From an uncultured Candidatus Bathyarchaeia archaeon (lineage in GTDB: Archaea > Thermoproteota > Bathyarchaeia > Bathyarchaeales > Bathycorpusculaceae), in contig CAYVGZ010000032.1 of NCBI GenBank assembly GCA_964450845.1, positions 1 through 16,180 on the forward strand: DNA of 16,180 nt. Reading direction: 5' to 3'. Below the pieces are notes generated by a model that was given only the letters and a program-made list of their open reading frames with translations, searched no databases and was not told the origin of the DNA. Positions 1 through 8,359 of the stretch are shown here, piece by piece; position 1 is the stretch's first letter, and each line of letters opens with the position of its first letter. The translations under genes and the position numbers were made by a program.

Positions 1-593
1 TTAATGATGGAGATGTTGTTTTGACGCATTGCAATGCTGGTGCTTTGGCTACTGTTGAGTATGGCACAGCCTTAGGTATCATAAGGGCTTCTTGGGAGCA
101 AGGGAAAAAAATTAGGGTCATTGCCACTGAAACTCGCCCGAAACTGCAGGGGGCAAGGTTGACAACTTATGAACTTAAACTGGACGGCATACCGGTTACT
201 TTGATTACTGACAACATGGTTGGCTATGTCATGTATAAACGGTTGGTTAGCAAAGTGGTTGTTGGAGCTGACAGAATAGTTAAAGATGCAGTTGTTAACA
301 AGATTGGAACATTTACTATAGCAGTTTTGGCCAAGGAACATGGCATACCGTTTTATGTTGCAGCACCAAAATCCACCTTCGACTTAACGCGCGTATCGGA
401 AGATGTTGTTATTGAAGAGAGAAAACCTGAAGAAGTCACTCATATGGGTTCGCAGCGAATTGCTCCTGAAAGCGTAGACGTTTTGAATCCAGCCTTTGAC
501 ATAACTCCATTAGAATATGTGACAGCCATTGTCTGCGAAAGTGGCATTTTATATAAGAAGGATTTCGATAAGTTTAAAGCCAATCGCTATTAA
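1..593 (+). CDS. mtnA: S-methyl-5-thioribose-1-phosphate isomerase / eIF-2B alpha-like family protein, 5'-truncated by the window edge
   Basis: Frame is open from base 3 ([25 protein letters not shown]), so the TTG at 21 is not the real start. Family motifs [39 protein letters not shown] and NPAFDITP are present. Stop TAA ends at 593. Confidence 0.85.
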   Translation, partial: NDGDVVLTHCNAGALATVEYGTALGIIRASWEQGKKIRVIATETRPKLQGARLTTYELKLDGIPVTLITDNMVGYVMYKRLVSKVVVGADRIVKDAVVNKIGTFTIAVLAKEHGIPFYVAAPKSTFDLTRVSEDVVIEERKPEEVTHMGSQRIAPESVDVLNPAFDITPLEYVTAIVCESGILYKKDFDKFKANRY

Positions 594-629
594 GTGAAAA
601 AGGCAGCTTTGTGTTGGTTGAGGGTTTAC

Positions 630-1184
630 ATGAGCAAGAAAGAGAAAGTATCCAGCGTCTCTGGAATTACGGTTAAGGGTTCACTTGTGGAAAAAGGCGT
701 CAAGATTTCTAAAAATCAGAATGTGGAAGAGGTTTCTTCGAGGGGATATGGGGTAACCGAAAATGATGCGCTTTTACTTACGTTTTATGAGGCACTTTAC
801 CTTTTGGATAAAGGCTTTTTGGAAGTTAAGGATGAAAAAGACAAGAAAGTAGATTTTCAAAAGCTTCTGCAACGTTACGAAAGTGTTGATGAGAATGCTT
901 GGGCCAAGTATTTGGCTTACCGCGATTTGAGAAGTCGTGGGTATGTTGTCCGGGAGGGTTTCGGTTTAGGTGTTGACTTTCGAGTTTATGATAGGGGCGA
1001 ATATGGTAAAGACACGGCTAAATACCTAATTTTAAGCGTTCAAGAGGGAAAGCCGATTTCGCTTGAAGATTTGACCCGCATTATGACGCAGTGTCAAAGT
1101 CTTAAGAAGGAGTTGGTTCTGACTGTTATGAACCGTAGAGGAGAAACTGTTTACTATTCAGTTTCGCAATTAACCCTAAAATGA
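630..1184 (+). CDS. endA: tRNA-splicing endonuclease (EndA) family subunit, probably the non-catalytic structural subunit
   Basis: LTFYEALYL, YRDLRSRGYVV, DFRVY and C-terminal GETVYY match EndA. ATG at 630 follows GAGGG, preferred over the GTG at 594. Catalytic Tyr and His positions are L and T. Confidence 0.85.
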   Translation: MSKKEKVSSVSGITVKGSLVEKGVKISKNQNVEEVSSRGYGVTENDALLLTFYEALYLLDKGFLEVKDEKDKKVDFQKLLQRYESVDENAWAKYLAYRDLRSRGYVVREGFGLGVDFRVYDRGEYGKDTAKYLILSVQEGKPISLEDLTRIMTQCQSLKKELVLTVMNRRGETVYYSVSQLTLK

Positions 1185-2497
1185 AGGAGAATTTTAGCAT
1201 GCCAGCTTTCAAGACTGTTCGTGGAATGAGGGATTTTCTACCTGAAGAAGCGAAAATGATGAGGTATATCGAAGGAAAAGCCAGAAAAATTGCTGGGCTT
1301 TTTGGGTACAAGGAAATTATAACGCCAGTTGTAGAGTCCTACAAACTTTTAGCAGCAAAAGCTGGCGAAGAAGTTCGTTTGCGGATGTACACCTTCAAGG
1401 ATTTGGGCGAACGTATGGTTGCTTTGCGGCCTGAGTTAACGCCTTCTGTGGCTAGGCTTGTCGCCACGACTTTGAAGAACGAGCCCAGACCTTTCAGGCT
1501 TTTCTGTGTGGGTAGTCTTTACCGTTATGATGAGCCGCAGCAAGGACGTTACAGGGAGTTTTGGCAATCAAACTTTGAGTTGATGGGTTCAAGCAAGCCT
1601 GAAGCTGACGCTGAAGTAATAATGTTGACAAATAGTTTAATGGAAGCAGTAGGGTTGAAGAACTGTGTTTTCAAGGTTGGGAATGTTGGAGTTTTGAGGG
1701 GTATCCTAAGCCGAGAAAAAGTGGACGAGAAGACAGAGAACGGGGTTATGCAGTTGATGGATAAAAAGCAGTATGGTGATGCGCTTAAGCTGGTCAAAGG
1801 TGCTGGTGTATCAGGTGAGTGTGTGGTAACTCTTAGGAAATTAATAGGACTTAAAGGTGGTAAAGTTTTTGAAATTATAGGAAAGATGAAAAACTACGTT
1901 AAAGGCTATGAGAAGGCTGTTGATGCTGCAGAAAATCTGGAGGAAATTTTGAAGCTTGTTTTAGAAAGCGGATATAAAATTGACGTGACCGTGGATGCTG
2001 GTTTTGCGAGGGGACTTGAATATTATACTGGGATGATTTTTGAAGTGTATGTTCCAGAATTGGACGTAGCTTTGGGCGGAGGAGGAAGATACGATAGGCT
2101 TATTGAGTTATTTGGAGGAGAGCCAACGCCTGCCGTTGGAGTTGCCCATGGAGTAGATAGGATAATGATGGCGATGCAGCGGCAAAAAACTCTGAAAATG
2201 GGTGAAGAAAATAGGGTTATGGTGATTCCCGTTCAAAGCGAGTTAAGAGGGGAAGCGCTAAAGATTTCGCGGGTGCTTAGAGATGCGGATATATCAGTAG
2301 AAGTTGAGGTCATGGGGCGAAAAGTGGCTAAGGCTTTGGAAGATGCGGATAGAAGAAAAATGAACTATGCAATAATTGTTGGAGAAAGAGAACTGAAAGA
2401 AGGCGCAGTCGTACTTCGTGATTTGGCAAAACGTGAACAAAATGTTGTCAAAATTAGTAAAATAGTTAAGAGCATAAATGATGAGTCAAAAACCTAA
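1181..2497 (+). CDS. hisS: Histidine--tRNA ligase
   Basis: RGMRDFLP, ALRPELT, RYDEPQQGRYREFWQ, RGLEYYTG, GGGRYD and a C-terminal anticodon-binding domain. ATGA overlap with the endA stop; alternative ATG at 1199. Confidence 0.97.
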   Translation: MKENFSMPAFKTVRGMRDFLPEEAKMMRYIEGKARKIAGLFGYKEIITPVVESYKLLAAKAGEEVRLRMYTFKDLGERMVALRPELTPSVARLVATTLKNEPRPFRLFCVGSLYRYDEPQQGRYREFWQSNFELMGSSKPEADAEVIMLTNSLMEAVGLKNCVFKVGNVGVLRGILSREKVDEKTENGVMQLMDKKQYGDALKLVKGAGVSGECVVTLRKLIGLKGGKVFEIIGKMKNYVKGYEKAVDAAENLEEILKLVLESGYKIDVTVDAGFARGLEYYTGMIFEVYVPELDVALGGGGRYDRLIELFGGEPTPAVGVAHGVDRIMMAMQRQKTLKMGEENRVMVIPVQSELRGEALKISRVLRDADISVEVEVMGRKVAKALEDADRRKMNYAIIVGERELKEGAVVLRDLAKREQNVVKISKIVKSINDESKT

Positions 2498-2549
2498 TGT
2501 AGAAAGTTGAGAGCCAAAAGTTGCAGCACATGACTAACAGCGTGATTTT

Positions 2550-3077
2550 ATGGAGTCCGTAAAAGTAGTTGAACTTAGAAAAGGGGATGCGTCCTTGCCT
2601 ACTCTGATATATAGGTATAAAACGTCCAACTATTATGACTTAAAGGTTCTTCGGGAATCCGAATCTTGGAAAATGGAGCTAACTCTTAAACCTCTCGAGA
2701 AAGTCTGCGAAAAGTATTCTGAATCTAAACTGTTTGGAGAGTATGTTGAAGAACCGAGGGCTTTTGCGGCAGAACTTGATGGTGAGCAGATTGGTTGGAT
2801 TGAAGTTGGGTATCAGAAATGGAATAATAGAATGCGGGTATGGGAGTTCCTAGTTAGAGAAGAGTTTCGTAGAAAGGGTATAGGAACATTGCTGATGAAT
2901 CATGCTGTTAAGCTTACCAAAGAGAAACGGGCAAGAATGCTTGTTCTTGAAACACAATCATGCGATGTTCCGGCAATCGGTTTTTATCTGAGATTTGGTT
3001 TTGATGCTGCCGCATACTCCAACGAAGACATCGCTAAGAAGGAAGTTAGGCTAGAATTTGGATTAAAAATCACATAG
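2550..3077 (+). CDS. GNAT family N-acetyltransferase (streptothricin-acetyltransferase-like C-terminus)
   Basis: Acetyl-CoA motif A VREEFRRKGIGTLLM, then LETQSCDVPAIGFYLRFGF and YSNED. Substrate cannot be inferred. Confidence 0.85.
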   Translation: MESVKVVELRKGDASLPTLIYRYKTSNYYDLKVLRESESWKMELTLKPLEKVCEKYSESKLFGEYVEEPRAFAAELDGEQIGWIEVGYQKWNNRMRVWEFLVREEFRRKGIGTLLMNHAVKLTKEKRARMLVLETQSCDVPAIGFYLRFGFDAAAYSNEDIAKKEVRLEFGLKIT

Positions 3078-3081
3078 CGAC

Positions 3082-3543
3082 CTATTTCTCTCTTCTCAGA
3101 AAATCCCCAACATCAGAAATATTCTTAACAGCCGTTCCGCCTCTTTCTTCATCTAAATTGCGCAATATTCTGCCGAAACCTAGGCATTCATCATGCTGAT
3201 TTAGGATTAATGTGTAATCGCCTTTTCTCTTTGAGCCCATCACTTTTAGTATTCCTTGTTTGAAAATGTCCCTTCCACAGATGAAGAGCCACGCTGTTTT
3301 ACTGTCAACAATTATCTTGTTTACCTTTTTCTCTGCAATCATCGATAACAGGTTAAAACTTGGGAAGAATTTTCCATTTTTGGTTTTTCCAAGATACGTT
3401 CCTGCAAAAAAGAAATCTTTTGTGATTAGCTTCTTCAGTTTCTCGTTTATGAGAAAGTATCTGTTCTCCTTTTTTACTACAAGACTCTCATCTAAACTGA
3501 TGCTTGCACCAAATTGCTTTGCGAAATCCTTTATTTGCTTTAT
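3082..3543 (-). CDS. NIP7-like ribosome biogenesis protein with C-terminal PUA domain; start uncertain (ATA at 3543 proposed, in-frame ATG at 3603 alternative)
   Basis: FFFAGTYLG, FFPSFNLL, AWLFICGRDIF, NQHDECLGFG and DVGDFLRRE match archaeal NIP7/PUA proteins. The 212-aa ORF call overlaps the upstream gene by about 180 nt and is probably over-extended. Confidence 0.8.
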   Translation of the reverse strand: MKQIKDFAKQFGASISLDESLVVKKENRYFLINEKLKKLITKDFFFAGTYLGKTKNGKFFPSFNLLSMIAEKKVNKIIVDSKTAWLFICGRDIFKQGILKVMGSKRKGDYTLILNQHDECLGFGRILRNLDEERGGTAVKNISDVGDFLRREK

Positions 3544-4430
3544 AGCGCATCCCCACGCTTTTTGAGTTTGCAGACGAAGAACCCTTGCGTTTGTCCTGGC
3601 CATATTCTTCTGCAGTTTTCTATTGAACTGTCTAATTGTTTTCCGAAAATGTTCGTTGGGGCTTTTTCCCCGTAACAGTTTATTTTTTCTATTTGGAGAT
3701 TTAGATTCTTTATTGCCCATTCAATGTTCAGCTCGTTCTCTTCTGGCTCTAACGAGCATGTCGAATAAACTATTTCACCACCATCCTTTAGGATTTCAGA
3801 TGCCTCAGTTAATATTTCTCTTTGAAGTTTCGCGTTTTTCTCTGCATCTTTGATGTTTCTTCTGCTAAACCAGTCTTTGTCTGTTGCAAAATTGCCTGAG
3901 CATGGAACATCTAGGAGGATTCTGTCAAACATTATCTTTAGCTGTGAGGCTTGTCTCGCATCCATGTGATATATGATTGTGTTTTTTACGCGGCACCGTT
4001 CCAGCTGATTTGACAATGCAGTTAATCTTTGCCTTTTAACGTCTAAAGCGATTATTGCGCCTGTGTTATACATTAAGTCAGCTAACTGTACAGTTTTTCC
4101 TCCCGGAGCAGCGCAAGCGTCCAACACTGTTTTGTCTTTCAGTTCTGCGAATAAAGTGGCTGGAATTTGGGCGGCAGCCTCTTGAATAGAGTATAAGCCT
4201 AAAAGGTATTCTGATGTTGCTCCAACTGAAAATTTTGAATGACAAATCCAATAACCGTTTTCTAGGAAAGGAATCTTTGCGAATTCGATTTCTGATGTTT
4301 GCAGTCTTTTTATGGCGTCTGCTTTTTTAGTGTTAATGACGTTTATTCGGATGGCTTGTTTAGGCTTAACATTCTTATATTTCCAGCCTAATTTTTCATA
4401 GCGATTTACGAAAAATTCCTTGCCAGACAT
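3540..4430 (-). CDS. RsmB/NOP2/NSUN family RNA cytosine-C5 methyltransferase
   Basis: SAM motif LDACAAPGGKT, motif IV DVPCSG and motif VI VYSTCSL with both catalytic cysteines. ATG at 4430 (in-frame TTG at 4433). Confidence 0.93.
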   Translation of the reverse strand: MSGKEFFVNRYEKLGWKYKNVKPKQAIRINVINTKKADAIKRLQTSEIEFAKIPFLENGYWICHSKFSVGATSEYLLGLYSIQEAAAQIPATLFAELKDKTVLDACAAPGGKTVQLADLMYNTGAIIALDVKRQRLTALSNQLERCRVKNTIIYHMDARQASQLKIMFDRILLDVPCSGNFATDKDWFSRRNIKDAEKNAKLQREILTEASEILKDGGEIVYSTCSLEPEENELNIEWAIKNLNLQIEKINCYGEKAPTNIFGKQLDSSIENCRRIWPGQTQGFFVCKLKKRGDAL

Positions 4431-4462
4431 CAACGGTAGATAGGATGAATGCTAATTAAAAC

Positions 4463-7219
4463 TTAGTGTTCACGTCTTCTCGCGAACCATTTCCTAACTT
4501 CTTCAGCAAAAATCACAATACAAGCGAAAACTGCCAAAAACGCCCAGTCAACAAGCCCAAGACCAGTGGTGCCAAAAAGCCCTTGCATCAATGGAACGTA
4601 AACTAGGAAAGATATTATGGAGACTTGTGCTGCTATGCCGACCCAAATCCACTTATTGCTTGAAAGACTTGTTTTGAAAATTGACACTTTGCTTGTTCTG
4701 CATGCGAGAACGTTGCCAACTTGAGCTATGACTATGCCCGCGAAAGTCATTGTTACCCCTTTTATATAGATAATACTGTTTGGTGGCAACTGCATTCCCA
4801 AGCGCCAGCCTCCAGCAGACCAAGCGCTCAAACAGCCGAACATGGCACCAGCCGCGATTATTGCTCCTATGTAAAAAGAACGAAGGAAAACTTTTGCATT
4901 AAAAAGCCTCTCTTTAACACTGCGAGGCGGTTCTTGCATAATTCCTGGTTCTGGTGGCTCTCGGCTTAAGGCTAGTGATGGGATGACGTCTATGGCAAGG
5001 TCTATGGCTAAAACTTGCACTACAAGAAGTGGAAGAGGTATGCCTAACAAGGCGTAAAGCACGTAGGGAATTAATTCAGCCCAGTTGTGCGAGAAAACGT
5101 ATACTATGAATTTTCTTATGTTTTCGTAAATTGCACGTCCAGATTCCACCGCCTTTACTATAGATGCAAAGCTATCATCAAGCAAAATCATGTCAGATGC
5201 TTCTCTTGCAACGTCTGTTCCTGAAGCACCCATGGCTACGCCGATGTCAGCCTCTCTCAAAGAAGGCGCATCATTAGCCCCATCACCTGTGACAGCGACC
5301 ACTTCACCGCTCTTCTTAAGGACTCTAACTATGCGCAATTTCTGTTCTGGAGAAACACGGGCAAATATTACATTTCCTCTCTTAACTTTTTCTACAATTG
5401 CTTCATCATCTATCGTCTCCAAATCAACGCCGCGAACAATATGGCAACTGCCTTGGTCTACGATGCCTACCTCTTCAGCAATTGCTTGAGCTGTTGGACC
5501 ATAATCTCCAGTTATTATCACAATTTTTATGCCTGCTTGCTTAGCCTGCTTCACTGCTTCCTTAACTTCTGGGCGAGGCGGGTCTTTCATGGCAGCAAGC
5601 CCAACTAAAACCATGTTTTTTTCAATGTTCTTACCTTTAAGAGCCTCGTTTTTTTGCAGTTCTTTGTATGCTACGGCTATTACGCGTAAGCCTTTATTCG
5701 CAAATTCACGGATGCTTGCCTCAATAGAACGTAAATGTTCTCCCGCCAAGTCCTCTATCTTGTTGTCGACAACGATTCTGTCGCATATGGAAAGGATGCT
5801 TCTTGGAGCGCCTTTAGTATATGCAATAAGCTTGTCACTATCTTTGTGAATTGTCGTCATTCTTTTTCGTTTAGAGTCAAAAGGCACAATGTGAATTATG
5901 GGCTTCTGCATAAGCAGAGCCTGCACATTTAATCCATACTTTAAGGCGGCAACAAGCAAAGCCCCATCAGTTGGATCACCTATGACGCTCCAAGACTTAT
6001 TCTTGTCTGAAGGGGGTTCAACCTTTGAACTGTTGCAAAGAGCAGAAATTTCTAAAAGCTTCTCAACATTCTCAGAATCTCTTTTTTCTAATACATTGCC
6101 GCTGGAGGTAAATTCTCCAATCGGAGCGTACCCAGCGCCTGAGACGTCAATGACTCTTCCGCTGACCAAAACCTTTCTAACAGTCATTTCGCCCCTAGTG
6201 ATCGTGCCAGTTTTGTCAGTGCATATTACGGTTACGCTGCCCAATGTTTGAACCGCAGATAAACGCTTGACAAGAGCATTTTCCTTAACCATTTTCAGAA
6301 CGTTTATTGCTAACGCGCTTGACACGGTGACTTGCAAGCCTTCAGGAACACATGCCACCATAACACCAATCATGAAAAGTATGCTACTGTAAAAGTCCAA
6401 GTGAAGCCAAATTAAACTGGCTAGGAAAAAGACGCAGCCAACAGCTACAGCCAAAGTGAAATCATATTTTGCAGTATGGGCGATTTCTCTTTGAAGAGGA
6501 CTTTGCTCTTCGTGGATTTCTTGAGTTAAATTGACAATTTGTCCGAATTTCGTTTTCATGCCAGTTGCATATACGATAGCTTTGCCCTGTCCCTTGGCAA
6601 CACTTGTGCTCATAAAAACAAGGTTCGGCGAATCTAAATACGATCCATTAGAGAATTTAGCTGGTTTATCGCTTCGTGGCTGCGGTTCAGATTCTCCTGT
6701 TAAAGGAACATTGTTAGTCCATAACTCGAATGCTTCAAATAATCGTGCGTCTGCTGGGACACGGTCACCTTCTTCTAAAACTATAACATCGCCTGGAACA
6801 AGTTTCTTCACCACTATTTTTTGAAGCTCTCCGTCTCGAATAACTTTAGCATACTCGGGCATCCAATTCCTTAATATTTCCATGGCTCTTTCTGCACGCC
6901 ACTCTTGGAACAGGCTGAAAACCGTGTTAACCAGTACAACAGTTAGAATGATTAAGCTTAATTGCCACATGCCGCTAAGGGCAGAAAGCAAACTAGCAAA
7001 AAGTAGCAGAATGCTGAACAGGTCTTTAAGATGTGCAAGAAACTTGTAGACAACTGGTGTGCGCCTTTTTTCAACCAACGCATTCAAGCCGTACTTTGCA
7101 AGTCGCTTTTCAGCTTCTTCGCTGTTCAATCCTTTAGGAGATGTTTCCAAAGCTTCAAAAACTTCTTTGACATGCAAAGAAACGACATCTTTCAATAAAA
7201 TCCCTACCCAAAAGTTCAC
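4463..7219 (-). CDS. Cation-transporting P-type ATPase, type II, Na,K-ATPase-like (IIC) transmembrane motifs
   Basis: TGES, VPEGL, phosphorylation motif DKTGT (6217-6203), KGAP, DPPR, ITGD, GDGAND and several hydrophobic segments. GTG start at 7219; alternative TTG at 7195. Confidence 0.95.
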   Translation of the reverse strand: MNFWVGILLKDVVSLHVKEVFEALETSPKGLNSEEAEKRLAKYGLNALVEKRRTPVVYKFLAHLKDLFSILLLFASLLSALSGMWQLSLIILTVVLVNTVFSLFQEWRAERAMEILRNWMPEYAKVIRDGELQKIVVKKLVPGDVIVLEEGDRVPADARLFEAFELWTNNVPLTGESEPQPRSDKPAKFSNGSYLDSPNLVFMSTSVAKGQGKAIVYATGMKTKFGQIVNLTQEIHEEQSPLQREIAHTAKYDFTLAVAVGCVFFLASLIWLHLDFYSSILFMIGVMVACVPEGLQVTVSSALAINVLKMVKENALVKRLSAVQTLGSVTVICTDKTGTITRGEMTVRKVLVSGRVIDVSGAGYAPIGEFTSSGNVLEKRDSENVEKLLEISALCNSSKVEPPSDKNKSWSVIGDPTDGALLVAALKYGLNVQALLMQKPIIHIVPFDSKRKRMTTIHKDSDKLIAYTKGAPRSILSICDRIVVDNKIEDLAGEHLRSIEASIREFANKGLRVIAVAYKELQKNEALKGKNIEKNMVLVGLAAMKDPPRPEVKEAVKQAKQAGIKIVIITGDYGPTAQAIAEEVGIVDQGSCHIVRGVDLETIDDEAIVEKVKRGNVIFARVSPEQKLRIVRVLKKSGEVVAVTGDGANDAPSLREADIGVAMGASGTDVAREASDMILLDDSFASIVKAVESGRAIYENIRKFIVYVFSHNWAELIPYVLYALLGIPLPLLVVQVLAIDLAIDVIPSLALSREPPEPGIMQEPPRSVKERLFNAKVFLRSFYIGAIIAAGAMFGCLSAWSAGGWRLGMQLPPNSIIYIKGVTMTFAGIVIAQVGNVLACRTSKVSIFKTSLSSNKWIWVGIAAQVSIISFLVYVPLMQGLFGTTGLGLVDWAFLAVFACIVIFAEEVRKWFARRREH

Positions 7220-7509
7220 AAATATGCTAGAAAATTAGGGTCCCTTATGGGAACAACTCTTGATCGGACGTGCCACTAAGAAAATGTCAAACAGCAGAAT
7301 GTCTTTCTGTCTTAACTCGTTTCGGATAGCCATTTAAATCATCAGTGTTTGAACCAACTTTGACTGGCATGGTTAGTTTCTCTTTACTTTCAACGTTTTG
7401 GCTTAACAACATGGCAAGGGTTAGATTTAAACTAATCGGAAAGTCAATCCGCCTTTTTGTTCAATAAATTTTAAATGACAACACTTAACATCATATTGAA
7501 TGTGGTTCG

Positions 7510-7959
7510 ATGAAGGAAAACTGTGCCTTTGTTATTATGATTAAGGATAAGTGGTGGCGCGAATTTTGTCGTCGTCATCATGAAGGAAAAAAAGTACACT
7601 CGTATGTGCAAGGAGGATGGGCGCCCCCTAAAAGCACTTCTCTAATGTTCTTTTACGTGACAAAACCAGCGGCTGAAATTGCAGGTTATGCTGAATTCGT
7701 TGAACGAAAAGTTGGAGATGCTGAAAGCTTATGGAATGCGCACGGTAACGAGTCAGCTTTACAAACTGCAGAAAAATATGCCGAGTTCGTTCGAGACAAA
7801 CAAAGAGTTTCTTTTATAAGGTTCAAAAACCTTCAAGAAGCAGCCCAGCCAATACCACTTAACAACGTTCTAATGCTTCTAGGTGTGAAGAGACTGGCGC
7901 GAAAGGGTTTTTACATAGATAAGGAAACTGCGGACAAGCTGATTGCACTCATGACATAA
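7510..7959 (+). CDS. PUA-like superfamily (ASCH/EVE/DUF365-like) protein, putative nucleic-acid-binding
   Basis: The pattern FFYVTKP..EIAGYAEFV...GD...LW..HG.ES followed by a beta-rich FIRFKNL..PIPL resembles ASCH/EVE-type PUA-like domains. Recognised by eye only. Confidence 0.6.
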   Translation: MKENCAFVIMIKDKWWREFCRRHHEGKKVHSYVQGGWAPPKSTSLMFFYVTKPAAEIAGYAEFVERKVGDAESLWNAHGNESALQTAEKYAEFVRDKQRVSFIRFKNLQEAAQPIPLNNVLMLLGVKRLARKGFYIDKETADKLIALMT

Positions 7960-8039
7960 AAAGGCATCAAACAGTTTTATGGAATTACTCATTGCAACAA
8001 AAATGCATTGGATCAAATGCGTAGTGTATAGAAATAACC

Positions 8040-8074
8040 TTTTTAAGGGCATATGAGAGAATCTAAAGGTGAGG
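8040..8074 (+). promoter_or_regulatory. Putative TATA box and Shine-Dalgarno site for the 8082-8941 operon
   Basis: TTTTTAAG at 8040-8047 after purine-rich GAAATA; AAGGTGAGG at 8066-8074, 7 nt before ATG 8082. Confidence 0.45.
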
Positions 8075-8081
8075 CTTGTAA

Positions 8082-8345
8082 ATGACAGAATCAGTAGTTC
8101 CAAGTCCTATTGGAGAAGTGAGAGCTAAAGACCTGAAATTCGAAACTATCAAAGAAGACTGGAACATCTACAAGCTTGAAGACGGAACAACATTAAGAAT
8201 CAGGTTGGTAGCAGTTAAGATAGCAAGAGGTATAGATCCAAAGACTGGTGAAATACTCTATACACATGACAGAGAACCATACTATAACATAAGATATCAA
8301 ACTGCAATAGTTGCTGATGTCCCAAAGGAGCTATTGAAAAAGTAA
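8082..8345 (+). CDS. Hypothetical 87-aa protein, first gene of a hicB-hicA-containing operon
   Basis: ATG with good SD and a protein-like beta-rich sequence (KEDWNIYKLEDGTTLRIRLV...EPYY). No named family recognised. Confidence 0.75.
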   Translation: MTESVVPSPIGEVRAKDLKFETIKEDWNIYKLEDGTTLRIRLVAVKIARGIDPKTGEILYTHDREPYYNIRYQTAIVADVPKELLKK

Positions 8346-8359
8346 TATGGTGTTAGTGA

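Noticed and set aside
3544-3720. N-terminal 59 codons of the 212-aa NIP7 ORF call
   Set aside because: They overlap the well-supported RsmB/NOP2 C-terminus in another frame and show no NIP7-like features; probably an ORF-caller extension.
4721-6824. Several plus-strand ORFs of 65-117 aa opposite the ATPase
   Set aside because: Antisense shadows of a long conserved CDS.
7220-7420. yybP-ykoY (Mn2+) or fluoride riboswitch upstream of the ATPase
   Set aside because: The conserved sequence elements of these riboswitches could not be found by eye on the minus strand.
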